Below are positions 44,491 to 54,519 of a stretch of 64,000 nt of DNA, piece by piece. The stretch covers positions 3,847 to 67,846 of the forward strand of contig CAYHAE010000002.1 in NCBI GenBank assembly GCA_964354545.1. The letters run 5' to 3'. Each line of letters opens with the position of its first letter. The first letter of the stretch is position 1. The position numbers were made by a program, and so were the translations under genes. The notes below the pieces were generated by a model that saw only the letters and a program-made list of their open reading frames with translations, did no database searches and was not told the DNA's origin. Source of the DNA: an uncultured Planctomycetia bacterium (GTDB taxonomy: Bacteria; Omnitrophota; Gorgyraeia; 2-01-FULL-45-10; JAHFGN01).

Positions 44491-45422
44491 AATGGACCCC
44501 TTCCTTTGCACAGGAACTGCTCGAGAAGTGCTCGGTATGCCCGAGGGGGTGCGGCGTCAATAGAGTTCGCGGCCAGACAGGGTACTGCAGGGCAGGATTC
44601 AATCCGAAAGTATACAGCTATTCACCTCATCACGGGGAAGAACCTGTCCTCTCAGGCGCGAGAGGTTCCGGTACGATATTCTTCACCCACTGCACTATGA
44701 AGTGCGTCTATTGCCAGAACTACTATTTCAGTCAGCTCGACGAGGGGGACGAGGTCTCCATCGAGGGCCTCGCGGCGATTATGAGCGAGCTTGAGAAGGC
44801 CGGATGCCACAACGTGAACCTCGTGAGCCCTACGCACTATGTCCCCCAGATAGCGGCGGCGCTCGAGCGTGCGCGTGAAAAGGGATTGAAAATACCGGTC
44901 GTCTATAATTCGGGCGGTTACGATACCGCGGAGACGATAAGGCGTCTGGAAGGCCTCATCGACATATATATGCCCGACATGCGATACGGCTCCGACGAGA
45001 TGGCGAAGGCGTATTCCGACGCCGGCCGCTACGTTGAATTCAACAGAGGTGCGGTCCGGGAGATGCAGAAGCAGGTCGGCGACCTCGTGTGCGATGAGGA
45101 GGGGATCGCGCGGAGGGGGCTGATCATCAGGCTTCTCGTGTTGCCGGAAGGCGCATCCGGCACGAAAGAGACCCTAAGGTTCATCGCGAAGGAGATCTCG
45201 AAAAATTCCTACCTCAGCATCATGAGCCAGTATTACCCCACATTCAAGGCCTACAACTACGAGGCGTTGTCGAGGGGTGTGACGCAGTCCGAATACAGAG
45301 AGGTCGTCGAGGAGGCGATCGACCTTGGATTGGAGAACGGATGGGTCCAGGACCTCCCTTCGGGAGTCGATGCGAGATTCGCGGGAACGAACATTAAACC
45401 GGGGCGGAAAAAGGATGGCTAG
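44487..45422 (+). CDS. radical SAM protein, PflX-like (AmmeMemoRadiSam-type/PFL-activase-like)
   Basis: 311 aa. N-term CPRGCGVNR...GYC. CTMKCVYCQN (CxxxCxxC). ATGA overlap with the upstream gene. Confidence 0.7.
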   Translation: MKWTPSFAQELLEKCSVCPRGCGVNRVRGQTGYCRAGFNPKVYSYSPHHGEEPVLSGARGSGTIFFTHCTMKCVYCQNYYFSQLDEGDEVSIEGLAAIMSELEKAGCHNVNLVSPTHYVPQIAAALERAREKGLKIPVVYNSGGYDTAETIRRLEGLIDIYMPDMRYGSDEMAKAYSDAGRYVEFNRGAVREMQKQVGDLVCDEEGIARRGLIIRLLVLPEGASGTKETLRFIAKEISKNSYLSIMSQYYPTFKAYNYEALSRGVTQSEYREVVEEAIDLGLENGWVQDLPSGVDARFAGTNIKPGRKKDG

Positions 45423-46140
45423 AAAAAAGGCGCACATGTCGTATGCGAAACAGCTGGAGATGCTCTCGACGGTCGCGAAGACGATAACCTCCAATTTGTA
45501 TTTGGAGGATATCCTCCGGCTCATCGTCACCGTCACTGCGGAACTCATGAATTCCAGCATATGCTCGCTCATGTTGATCGACGAAAAGACAAAGTCGCTC
45601 GTCCTGCGGGCGACCCAGTCCATGAGCGACGTGTATAACAAGAAGCCGCCGCTCAAATTGGGCGAGGGCATTGCGGGAAAAGCCGCTCTGGAGAATAGGC
45701 CGATCATGGTGTACGATCTCGAGAAGAGCCCGGAATACAAATATAAAGAGATTGCAAAGAGGGAGGGGCTCAAGTCGCTCCTCAGCGTGCCGCTCGCGGT
45801 GAAGGGCAGGGTGATAGGCGTGCTCAACAACTACACCCCGAAACCGCATAAGTTTTCGAGGAGCGAAGTCGAGATCCTCATGACTATCACACGTCAGGCC
45901 GCGCTCGCGATCGAAAATGCCGACCTCATGGTGAAGACGAAGGTGATACGGGAGGAGCTCGAAACGCGAAAGCTCGTTGAAAGGGCAAAGGGCATTCTGA
46001 TGAAAGAGCAGAACCTGAGCGAGGAAGGGGCGTTTAAGAAGATTCAAAAACAGAGCATGGATTCAAGGAAGTCGATGCGCGAGATCGCTGAGGCGATCAT
46101 AGTGATCGAGGAGATGCGGCGCGGGGACAGGAGGCCGTAA
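45415..46140 (+). CDS. GAF-ANTAR RNA-binding antitermination-type regulator
   Basis: 241 aa. GAF domain, then ANTAR helix ETRKLVERAKGILMKEQNLSEEGAFKKIQKQSMDSRKSMREIAEAII. Overlaps the radical-SAM stop by 8 nt. Confidence 0.7.
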   Translation: MARKKAHMSYAKQLEMLSTVAKTITSNLYLEDILRLIVTVTAELMNSSICSLMLIDEKTKSLVLRATQSMSDVYNKKPPLKLGEGIAGKAALENRPIMVYDLEKSPEYKYKEIAKREGLKSLLSVPLAVKGRVIGVLNNYTPKPHKFSRSEVEILMTITRQAALAIENADLMVKTKVIREELETRKLVERAKGILMKEQNLSEEGAFKKIQKQSMDSRKSMREIAEAIIVIEEMRRGDRRP

Positions 46141-46169
46141 GAGATTTTTTGCGCAGGCGAGGCAGAGCG

Positions 46170-47810
46170 ATGGAGAGAATGCGGATAGGCATTGCACAGA
46201 TAAATCCGACCGTAGGCGCCCTGAAAGAAAACGGGAAGAAGATCATCGATTACATGCAGCGCGGGAAGAAGAAGGGCGTAGACCTCATCGTATTTCCGGA
46301 ACTGGCGATCACGGGATACCCTCCCGAGGACCTGCTTTTGAAGAAGAGTTTCGTTTCGGACAACCTGCGCGTGCTCTACACGGTGGCGAGACAGTCGAAG
46401 GGTATCTCCGCCATCGTGGGGTTCGTAGACCTCAAGGGCGGGGAGCGCTACAATGCGGCGGCCCTCGTGAGGGACTGCGGGGTGGAGGGCATATACCGGA
46501 AAATGCTCTTGCCGAACTACGGGGTTTTCGATGAGAAGAGGTACTTTAAACCGGGGACCGAATCCTTCACGTTCTTCTCGAACCATAAGACGATGAAGTG
46601 CGCCCTCACCATATGCGAGGATATATGGGAACCGGAGGGCGCTGCCCTTGCGCTGTGCGCGAGCCACGAACCCCACGTAATAATAAATATCTCCGCGTCC
46701 CCGTACCACTTTAAAAAGGAAAAGATGCGCGAAAGCATGCTCGAGGATGTCGCCGGTGCGCACGGGACGATCGTAGTCTATTGCACTATCGTGGGGGGGC
46801 AGGACGAGCTCGTATTTGACGGAGGAAGCATGGTAGTGGATGCGAGGGGCGAGATCCGTTACAGGGCACCGCGTTTTGAAGAGCACCTCGGCATAGTCGA
46901 TATTGTCGCTCGTTCCGCCGGCGTATCCATTGAACGGTGTGAAAGGTCAGCGCGCCGGCTCGAACAGGCCGAAGAGATATACAAGAGCCTTGTGCTGGGG
47001 ACGCGCGATTACATCTGCAAAAACGGATTCCGAAAAGCGGTCGTGGGGTTGAGCGGCGGGATAGATTCGTGTCTCACCGCAAAGATCGCCTGCGATGCGA
47101 TAGGAAACGGAAATGTCATCGGGGTATCGATGCCGTCCCGGTACTCTTCTCGCGCGACGCAGGATGACGCGAGGAGGGTCGCAAAGAACCTCGGGATGCG
47201 GTTCATCGTCATACCGATGGACAGCATCTTCCAATCGTTCCTGGCGGTCCTGTCGCATGAGTTCAAGGGGCTCAAAGAAGGCATTGCGGAAGAGAACCTT
47301 CAGGCGAGGATACGCGGGAACATCCTTATGGCGTTCTCAAATAAATTCGGCTGGCTTGTCCTCACCACCGGCAACAAGAGCGAGATAAGCATGGGGTACT
47401 GTACCTTGTACGGCGATATGGCGGGAGGATTTTCCGTGATAAAAGACGTACCCAAGACACTCGTCTATAAGCTGGCCCGGTTCGTGAATGCTAAGGGGGC
47501 GCGGGATGTGATACCCCAGAGCGTCTTCACAAGGCCGCCTACCGCGGAACTGAGGCCCGATCAAAAAGACGAGGACACTCTTCCGCCCTACAAGATATTG
47601 GATCCCATCCTTAAATTGTATATAGAGGATGAGCAGTCTCCCGAGGAGATCTCCTCGCAGGGGTTCGATCTCGAACTCGCCAGACTTATCGCACATGTGG
47701 TCGATAAGAATGAGTACAAGCGGCGCCAAGGTCCTCCGGGAGTAAAGATAACGCCGAGGGCTTTCGGGAAGGACAGGCGCTTTCCGATCGTGAACAGGTA
47801 CAGGGAGTAA
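46170..47810 (+). CDS. nadE: glutamine-dependent NAD+ synthetase (nitrilase domain + NadE)
   Basis: About 546 aa. N-terminal CN-hydrolase (IVFPELAITGY). C-terminal PP-loop GLSGGIDS. Confidence 0.85.
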   Translation: MERMRIGIAQINPTVGALKENGKKIIDYMQRGKKKGVDLIVFPELAITGYPPEDLLLKKSFVSDNLRVLYTVARQSKGISAIVGFVDLKGGERYNAAALVRDCGVEGIYRKMLLPNYGVFDEKRYFKPGTESFTFFSNHKTMKCALTICEDIWEPEGAALALCASHEPHVIINISASPYHFKKEKMRESMLEDVAGAHGTIVVYCTIVGGQDELVFDGGSMVVDARGEIRYRAPRFEEHLGIVDIVARSAGVSIERCERSARRLEQAEEIYKSLVLGTRDYICKNGFRKAVVGLSGGIDSCLTAKIACDAIGNGNVIGVSMPSRYSSRATQDDARRVAKNLGMRFIVIPMDSIFQSFLAVLSHEFKGLKEGIAEENLQARIRGNILMAFSNKFGWLVLTTGNKSEISMGYCTLYGDMAGGFSVIKDVPKTLVYKLARFVNAKGARDVIPQSVFTRPPTAELRPDQKDEDTLPPYKILDPILKLYIEDEQSPEEISSQGFDLELARLIAHVVDKNEYKRRQGPPGVKITPRAFGKDRRFPIVNRYRE

Positions 47811-47815
47811 CGGAG

Positions 47816-49618
47816 ATGACAATTCACGCAGAGCTCAGGAAGTGGGTTGCGTCGATGGCGGAGATATGCCGCCCCGACATTATCGTGTGGATCGATGGTT
47901 CGCCGGAAGAGAAGGCGCGGCTCGAGGTCGAGGCCGCATCAACAGGCGAGGTGATAAGGCTCAATCAGGAAAGGCTGCCCGGCTGCCTCTACCATCGGAC
48001 ATCCCCAGACGATGTGGCCCGCACCGAACACCTCACGTACGTATGTACGAGGCGCAAGTCGGACGCGGGTCCCACAAACAACTGGATGAGCCCGAGAGAG
48101 GCGTACAGAAAGGCGAAGGAGATATTCCTCAATTCGATGGTGGGCCGCACCATGTACGTGATCCCGTTCTCCATGGGGCCCGTCGGGTCGCCCTTCAGCA
48201 AGATCGGGGTCGAGTTGACGGATTCCATATACGTCGTGCTCAATATGCGTATCATGACGCGCATCGGCAAAGATGTGCTGAAGACCTTGGGCAGCGACGG
48301 TGAGTTCACAAAATGCTTGCACTCGAAAGCAGACCTCAACGTCAACCGGCGCCTCATACTTCACTTCCCGGAAGACAATACGATATGGAGCGTCGGTTCA
48401 GGATATGGCGGCAACGTCCTTTTGGGAAAGAAATGTCTCGCCCTGCGGATAGCAAGCTATCTCGGGAGGAAAGAAGGATGGATGGCCGAGCATATGCTCA
48501 TCATGGGGATCGAGGATCCGAGCGGGCACATCGTGTACGTGGCCGGCGCTTTTCCGAGCGCATGCGGCAAGACCAACCTTGCTATGCTCATCCCTCCGGA
48601 AGGGCTGAAGCGCAAAGGCTACCGGATATGGACCGTGGGCGATGACATTGCCTGGATGCGTATCGACACAGACGGCGCCTTGTGGGCAGTCAATCCCGAG
48701 ACAGGGTTCTTTGGCGTCGCTCCTGGTACGAATTCGAAATCGAACCCGAGCGCGATGGTCAGCATACAGAGGAACACGATATACACGAACGTCCTCATGA
48801 AGATGGACGGCACGGTATGGTGGGAGGAGGGCGATGGCCCGATACCGGATGAAGGCATCGATTGGCGGGGGAGGCCTTGGAAGCCAAACGCCAGGGACGA
48901 GAAAGGCGAGATCATCAAAGGGTCGCATCCCAATGCCAGGTTTACGGTGCCCATCTCCCAGTGCCCTTCCATTTCAAATAGGATCGAGCACCATCACGGA
49001 GTCCCGATTTCCGCAATCATTTTCGGCGGCCGCAGGACTCACCTCGCGCCGCTTATCTATGAGGCGTTCAATTGGCAGCACGGCGTCTATGTGGGGGCGA
49101 CCATGGCATCCGAACGGACGGCTGCGCAAGTGGGTAAGCTCGGAGAAGTGAGGCGTGACCCGATGGCCATGCTGCCTTTCTGCGGGTACCATATGGGTGA
49201 TTACTTCCGGCACTGGCTTGATATGGGATGTCGTATGAAGAAACCGCCCCGAATATATCATGTGAACTGGTTCCGGCAGGATGAGGAGGGGAAGTATTTG
49301 TGGCCGGGGTACGGCGAGAACCTCCGCGTTCTCGAATGGATCATGGACCGTGTGTGCGGTAAGGCGAAAGCACTTGAGACGCCGATCGGTTATATTCCGG
49401 ACGAGGATAGTATCGATATGACAGGGCTCCAGCTTCCGCATAAGAACATGAAAAAGCTTTTTGCGATCGATAGGGAAGAATGGGCACGGGACCTTGAGAA
49501 ACAAAGGGAATTTTTCAGGACGCTCGGCAATAAACTTCCCGTAGAGATCCTCGATGAGCACAAGGCCTTTCAGAGACGTCTCAGATCATGGGTCAAAAAG
49601 CCGGGGCGTAAGACGTAA
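47816..49618 (+). CDS. pckG: phosphoenolpyruvate carboxykinase (GTP)
   Basis: 600 aa. GTP-PEPCK kinase-1a motif FPSACGKTN. WMSPRE...IPFSMGP signature. Confidence 0.9.
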   Translation: MTIHAELRKWVASMAEICRPDIIVWIDGSPEEKARLEVEAASTGEVIRLNQERLPGCLYHRTSPDDVARTEHLTYVCTRRKSDAGPTNNWMSPREAYRKAKEIFLNSMVGRTMYVIPFSMGPVGSPFSKIGVELTDSIYVVLNMRIMTRIGKDVLKTLGSDGEFTKCLHSKADLNVNRRLILHFPEDNTIWSVGSGYGGNVLLGKKCLALRIASYLGRKEGWMAEHMLIMGIEDPSGHIVYVAGAFPSACGKTNLAMLIPPEGLKRKGYRIWTVGDDIAWMRIDTDGALWAVNPETGFFGVAPGTNSKSNPSAMVSIQRNTIYTNVLMKMDGTVWWEEGDGPIPDEGIDWRGRPWKPNARDEKGEIIKGSHPNARFTVPISQCPSISNRIEHHHGVPISAIIFGGRRTHLAPLIYEAFNWQHGVYVGATMASERTAAQVGKLGEVRRDPMAMLPFCGYHMGDYFRHWLDMGCRMKKPPRIYHVNWFRQDEEGKYLWPGYGENLRVLEWIMDRVCGKAKALETPIGYIPDEDSIDMTGLQLPHKNMKKLFAIDREEWARDLEKQREFFRTLGNKLPVEILDEHKAFQRRLRSWVKKPGRKT

Positions 49619-49778
49619 CAGATCCCCGGCAGCGAATGTGAGACCGGTGCGGGTGTGGCGATGTGCCGCGGGGCCTATCCGTCCAGAATTTTCTGGACTT
49701 CTCCCGGAATTTGGCGTAGAATACTGCACTAAAGGTAACGTTTAAACGGATCCACATAATAGGAGGAGGTGAAAGAAG

Positions 49779-50177
49779 ATGAAGGGAGTTGCAGCGCTTG
49801 TGTTGACACTGCTCTGTATCGCATCGTTCGTATATGCTCAAGAAGCCGCGCAAATGACGACCGCGACCGCCGAGGCCGCACCCGCCGAGCCGGTAACGCT
49901 CAAGGGCGAGGTTATCGATAATATGTGTGCGGACGCGAATAGGGCAGGGCTTGCCGATTTCGTTAAAACACATACCAAGGACTGCGCCACAGCGCCGGCG
50001 TGCGTGGCGAGCGGCTATTCGATCTTCGCAGACGGAAATCTTATAAAGTTCGATAAGGAGAGCAGCGCGAAGGTTGCGGAGTTCCTCAACAAGCCAGAGA
50101 GTAAACTGCAGGTAGTGGTTGTCGCTAAGAAAGTTGGCGATGAGCTCAGCCTGGTCTCGATAGAGAACCAGCAGTAA
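49779..50177 (+). CDS. hypothetical secreted protein (Cys-containing)
   Basis: 132 aa. Signal peptide. AGGAGGAGG RBS. No recognisable domain. Confidence 0.5.
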   Translation: MKGVAALVLTLLCIASFVYAQEAAQMTTATAEAAPAEPVTLKGEVIDNMCADANRAGLADFVKTHTKDCATAPACVASGYSIFADGNLIKFDKESSAKVAEFLNKPESKLQVVVVAKKVGDELSLVSIENQQ

Positions 50178-50186
50178 TCTTCGCAC

Positions 50187-50239
50187 AAGGGACGGTCGAT
50201 CTTTATTGCGTACATACGCGCCGTCCCTTTGCGTTTTAT
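50187..50239 (+). terminator. putative terminator (9-bp stem AAGGGACGG/CCGTCCCTT, long loop, GCGTTTTAT)
   Basis: Downstream of the 49779 gene. Confidence 0.45.
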
Positions 50240-50261
50240 CCCGTTAGAAAACGGAACCTCA

Positions 50262-50273
50262 CGGGCATGCCCG
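50262..50273. repeat. CGGGCATGCCCG palindrome followed by CGGGGCTCCA
   Basis: Same core and 3' flank as the 40902 palindrome. About 37 nt upstream of ATG 50310. Confidence 0.55.
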
Positions 50274-50309
50274 CGGGGCTCCACCTAAGACGGAAAGGCG
50301 CGAGAGCGC

Positions 50310-51572
50310 ATGCAGGCCCAAAATCGATCGGCCCCGTATTTCATAGGAATGAGCATGGGGGGCACCAAGCTCTATGCCGCCCTTTACAAAAGAGGAACGG
50401 AGGGGAAGCCCGTATCCCTCACCTCCCGCAGCGTGATCTGGAGGGACGCGTTCGGTCTCGATGACCCGAGGGACGTCGCGGATCCAGAGAAGGTATCGTC
50501 TGATGCCATTGTCGAGAGGATTGTGGGTACGGTGCGCGACATTCTCGCTGCGCACGGCCTGACGATCGCGGATCTCAACAACGTTGGGTGTACCTCGCCC
50601 GGTCCTCTCGACCGGGAGAAAGGCATCATCGGGTCCGCGTGCAAGACTTTTAACCTGCCATTCGACAATTATCCTTTTGTCCAAAGACTGCGAGAGAAGC
50701 TGGGGGCGACCCATGTCGAGATCAAGCATGATTCTCATTCGGGGCTCGAAGGAGAAGTTGTCATAGGCGCGCTCTCAGACGTCTCGTGCGGTTACTACAT
50801 CATTCAAGGGACAGGACTCGGCGGTTCGGCGTCTAAGGACCGCGTGTACTATGAAGCCATCCCGGAGCTCACAGAACCCGGCCATCACATTATCGGTACG
50901 CCTATCATGGGAAAGAAGTACCGATACCGTTTCAGGTACATCATGAAACGAGGGAAAGACCACCCTTATGAGGTCGTCCCGGTTCCCGACAGGAAAAAGA
51001 GCTATCACATTAACGAAAGCGCCGCGAGAGAGATGCTGGCGCGGTCCGATGAGCGGAAAGAGGACCTGATCTGGGCTATTGAGGGGGAGAGAGATTTTGA
51101 GGACATCGTTGCAGGAGTGGCGCTCGAACCCATGTTGAAAGATAAGGAGAGGCTCGCGGAGCAGTTTGGCGGGGCTCTGAACGACTTCAGCACGCTTGCC
51201 GAGCCGAAAGACCTTTCAGAGTTAGCCCTCAAGGGCGACCCGAATGAGCGCCGGATTTCGCAACGGATCATACGATATATCGGGGAGGAGATGGGGAAGG
51301 CCTTGGCGGCACTCATCGCGGCCTCATACGGCACCGAGTGGCAATTGCAGCGTGTCGTGGTAGGTTCTGCCGTAGGCGAAAAATTGGGTCTTGGAGTGAA
51401 GGCCGAAGGCGGAGAAGATTTTTACTTTTACCACATTCGGGAATCGGCGCGAAGTGAACTCGCGGGACATTTTGGCCTTCCGGACGATTTCTCCCGGGCC
51501 GTTTCGCGAGAGATCGTACGGTCTGGCCTCACCCAGGAAGTGAGAGAGACCGCAGGATTTGACCGACCATGA
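50310..51572 (+). CDS. ASKHA-superfamily (ROK/BadF/BadG/BcrA/BcrD-type) kinase/ATPase-like protein
   Basis: 420 aa. YFIGMSMGGTKLYAAL phosphate-1 motif. IIQGTGLGGS glycine-rich motif. Specificity unknown. Confidence 0.5.
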   Translation: MQAQNRSAPYFIGMSMGGTKLYAALYKRGTEGKPVSLTSRSVIWRDAFGLDDPRDVADPEKVSSDAIVERIVGTVRDILAAHGLTIADLNNVGCTSPGPLDREKGIIGSACKTFNLPFDNYPFVQRLREKLGATHVEIKHDSHSGLEGEVVIGALSDVSCGYYIIQGTGLGGSASKDRVYYEAIPELTEPGHHIIGTPIMGKKYRYRFRYIMKRGKDHPYEVVPVPDRKKSYHINESAAREMLARSDERKEDLIWAIEGERDFEDIVAGVALEPMLKDKERLAEQFGGALNDFSTLAEPKDLSELALKGDPNERRISQRIIRYIGEEMGKALAALIAASYGTEWQLQRVVVGSAVGEKLGLGVKAEGGEDFYFYHIRESARSELAGHFGLPDDFSRAVSREIVRSGLTQEVRETAGFDRP

Positions 51573-51611
51573 CCATGCGAGGTAATGTCCGCAGGAGAAG
51601 GAGTGCGAGAG

Positions 51612-52145
51612 ATGCCGACCCCGGCGAAAAAAGGTGACAGGGGCCTCACCGCCCTCTATAGAGGCGGAACGGTGTACAAGGACCACGTAAGGGTGGAGGC
51701 GTGCGGGACCCTCGATGAGCTTTCGGCGTTCCTGGGCATGGCGAAGAGCCTCATCGCACGCAAAGAACTGAAAGGTCTCATCGAATCCATCCAGCAGGAT
51801 TTGTTTGTGGTGGGCGCGGAAGTCGCTACCGATGCTAAATTCCTCTCTTCCTTGAAGAAAAGGATCGATGCGCACGATGTGGACCGTCTGGAAAAGCATA
51901 TCTGCGAACGTGAGAAGAGAGGGATATCCGCGCTGAACCGTTTCTGCGTGCCAGGCGAAGATTTCGTTTCGAGCGCACTCCACGTCGCGAGGGCTGTGGC
52001 GAGGAGGGCCGAGAGAAGGATCGTGACCCTTAAAAAGAGGGGCCTCGTGCGGAATACCTCCATGGTGGCGTATCTCAACAGGCTCTCGGGACTCCTCTAC
52101 CTGCTCGCGAGGTCCCTCGCGCGTACACGAGAGAGGACGTCTTAA
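51612..52145 (+). CDS. PduO-type ATP:cob(I)alamin adenosyltransferase
   Basis: About 177 aa. KGDRGLT...VEACGTLDELSAFLG matches the PduO/MMAB N-term. Confidence 0.75.
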   Translation: MPTPAKKGDRGLTALYRGGTVYKDHVRVEACGTLDELSAFLGMAKSLIARKELKGLIESIQQDLFVVGAEVATDAKFLSSLKKRIDAHDVDRLEKHICEREKRGISALNRFCVPGEDFVSSALHVARAVARRAERRIVTLKKRGLVRNTSMVAYLNRLSGLLYLLARSLARTRERTS

Positions 52146-52160
52146 GGAGGCTCACCTATC

Positions 52161-54281
52161 ATGAAGGCCGTTCCTGTGCCGCGAGAAGTGAAGAAGAGGG
52201 ATGGGTCGATAGTTCATTTCAACAGGGCGAAGATTGAGCGCGCAATAGAAAGGGCGGCGTGCGAGGTGCGGGAGGACAGAACTCGCGCGAGGGACGTTTC
52301 GGATGCGGTCTCCCGCCTCGTGCTAGGAAAGATCGCCGATATCTACAAGGATAAGATCCCGAGCGTGGAGTCCATTCAGGACCTCATCGAAACAACGTTG
52401 ATGGATGAAGGGTACGGTAGGATCGCGAAAAGTTATATCCTCTACAGAGAACGGCGCAGCCAGATCAGAGAGGCGAAATCGGTCTTGGGGGTAAGGGATG
52501 ACCTCAAACTGCCGATCAATACCATGGAGGTGCTGAAGAAGAGGTACCTCCTGAAAGACGAGAATAAGAATATCGTCGAAACACCGCGAGAGTTATTCCG
52601 GCGCGTCGCCGCGCACGTCGCGCGTGCGGAGAAGAATTTTCGCCTCCACCGCTGCGCTCAAGAAGAGGCGGAAGAGGCGTTCTATCAGATGATGAGGAGC
52701 CTCGAGTTCATGCCTAACTCACCCACCCTCATGAACGCGGGGACTGCGCTCGGCCAGCTTTCGGCGTGCTTCGTGATCCCTGTGGGGGATTCCATCGATG
52801 GGATATTCGAGGCCCTCAAGGCGGTGGCGCGTATCCATCAGACGGGAGGGGGGACCGGTTTCAACTTCTCCCGGCTAAGGCCCAAGGGTGACCTTGTCGC
52901 CTCTACGCGGGGAGAGGCATCAGGCCCTCTCTCGTTCATGGAGATATTCGACAAGGCGACAGAGGTGATCGTTCAGGGTGGTCGGCGTCGCGGCGCGAAT
53001 ATGAGCATCCTGCGCTGCGACCATCCGGACATCGTGGAATTTGTTGAATCGAAGGTGGGAAAGGAGAGGTTCTCCAATTTCAACCTCTCGGTAGGCGCCA
53101 CCGACGCCTTTATGGATGCAGTAAGGCGGGATAGGACGTTTGGCCTCGTCAATCCGAGGACCCGGAAGAAGGTGCGCGAGGTGAGCGCGAGGGCCCTCTT
53201 CGACCTCATCGTCAATGCGGCGTGGCGGACAGGAGACCCCGGCCTCGTATTTCTGGATGAGATCAACAGGAAGAACCCCACCCCCGGACTCGGCGAGATA
53301 GAGGCAACAAACCCGTGCGGAGAATTACCGCTCCTCCCGTTCGAGAGCTGCAACCTTGCCTCGATAAATCTCTCGAAAATGGTGAAAGGGGACTCTCTGG
53401 AGTGGGAGAGATTAAGGGACCGCGTGCGATGGGGGATACGATTCTTAGACGACGTGATCGAAGTGAACAGGTATCCCTTGCCCCAGATCGCAGAGATTAC
53501 GCGTGCGAACAGGAAGGTCGGGCTCGGGGTAATGGGTTTCGCAGATATGCTGGTTAAGCTGGGCATCCCCTACGATTCGAAAGAGGCGATCGCCTGTGCT
53601 GAGAAGGTCATGAGGTTTATCCGCCGAGAGTCGCTGAGTGCGTCAATCGGCCTCGCGAGAACGAGGGGGGTCTTTCCCCATTTCAAAAAGTCCGTATATG
53701 CGCATAAAAATGCGAGAGTCCGCAACGCCACGGTGAACACCATCGCCCCCACGGGAACAATAAGCATCATCGCGGGGTGTTCAAGCGGGATAGAGCCGCT
53801 TTTCGCGGTCAGCTTCGTGCGTACCGTCTTGTCGGGCACGAAGCTCTTCGAGCTCAATGCCCTCTTTGAGGAGGTTGCAAAGCGGGACAGGTTCTTTACC
53901 GACGACATGCGCGCGCAGATCGCCCGGAGCGGTTCTCTCCGGAGGATACGCGGCGTCCCGCGCGATATAAAGCGGATATTCGTGACCGCCTTCGATGTCG
54001 CGCCGTCACAGCATCTCGCGGTCCAGGCCGCATTTCAAAAATATACCGATAATTCCGTCTCCAAGACGATAAATCTCCCGTCCGACTCGACGGTCAACGA
54101 TGTGAGGAAGATATACGTAATGGCCGGCGCGATGAAGTGCAAGGGTATCACTATTTACCGATACGGCAGCAAAGAACAGCAGGTCCTATCATTCGGTTAC
54201 AGAGAAGGCGACCAGGGCGACATCCTCATCGCCGATTCGGAGTATTCGGGAGGATGCGCGACAGGCACATGCCTGTTTTAA
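52161..54281 (+). CDS. nrdJ: adenosylcobalamin-dependent (class II) ribonucleotide reductase
   Basis: 706 aa. N-terminal ATP-cone. NPCGE active-site Cys and [17 protein letters not shown]. Confidence 0.85.
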   Translation: MKAVPVPREVKKRDGSIVHFNRAKIERAIERAACEVREDRTRARDVSDAVSRLVLGKIADIYKDKIPSVESIQDLIETTLMDEGYGRIAKSYILYRERRSQIREAKSVLGVRDDLKLPINTMEVLKKRYLLKDENKNIVETPRELFRRVAAHVARAEKNFRLHRCAQEEAEEAFYQMMRSLEFMPNSPTLMNAGTALGQLSACFVIPVGDSIDGIFEALKAVARIHQTGGGTGFNFSRLRPKGDLVASTRGEASGPLSFMEIFDKATEVIVQGGRRRGANMSILRCDHPDIVEFVESKVGKERFSNFNLSVGATDAFMDAVRRDRTFGLVNPRTRKKVREVSARALFDLIVNAAWRTGDPGLVFLDEINRKNPTPGLGEIEATNPCGELPLLPFESCNLASINLSKMVKGDSLEWERLRDRVRWGIRFLDDVIEVNRYPLPQIAEITRANRKVGLGVMGFADMLVKLGIPYDSKEAIACAEKVMRFIRRESLSASIGLARTRGVFPHFKKSVYAHKNARVRNATVNTIAPTGTISIIAGCSSGIEPLFAVSFVRTVLSGTKLFELNALFEEVAKRDRFFTDDMRAQIARSGSLRRIRGVPRDIKRIFVTAFDVAPSQHLAVQAAFQKYTDNSVSKTINLPSDSTVNDVRKIYVMAGAMKCKGITIYRYGSKEQQVLSFGYREGDQGDILIADSEYSGGCATGTCLF

Positions 54282-54352
54282 CCCGCCTTCGCGGAATTCC
54301 CCACCTGTAAGGGTGGGGATGGAGAGCGAAGGGAATTCCGCTTCGGCGAGGT
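54282..54352 (-). repeat. recurrent structured intergenic element, copy C (inverted orientation, long structured spacer)
   Basis: The reverse complement reads CGCCGAAG-cggaattcc-CTTCG...GCGAAGGCGGG. Nested hairpins GCGGAATTCC/GGAATTCCGC and CCCCACC/GGTGGGG. Confidence 0.55.
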
Positions 54353-54519
54353 TTTCGCCTCGACGGAGCGAAAAGCAAGATTCCACGGGTGTAAGCCCGC
54401 GGATCTTCAAAAAGTGGGCGTACATATTTCCGGTGCGTGAATATACTGAGTTGAAGAAATGGGCGCTTGCGCTCGCATGGTGGGCATCGCTCCTTAACGG
54501 AGTTAACGGAGGGGACGCC

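Noticed and set aside
54313-54519. N-terminal extension of the YyaL ORF
   Set aside because: No homology in the extension. A GGAGGGG RBS precedes the internal ATG at 54520, where the conserved thioredoxin-like domain begins.
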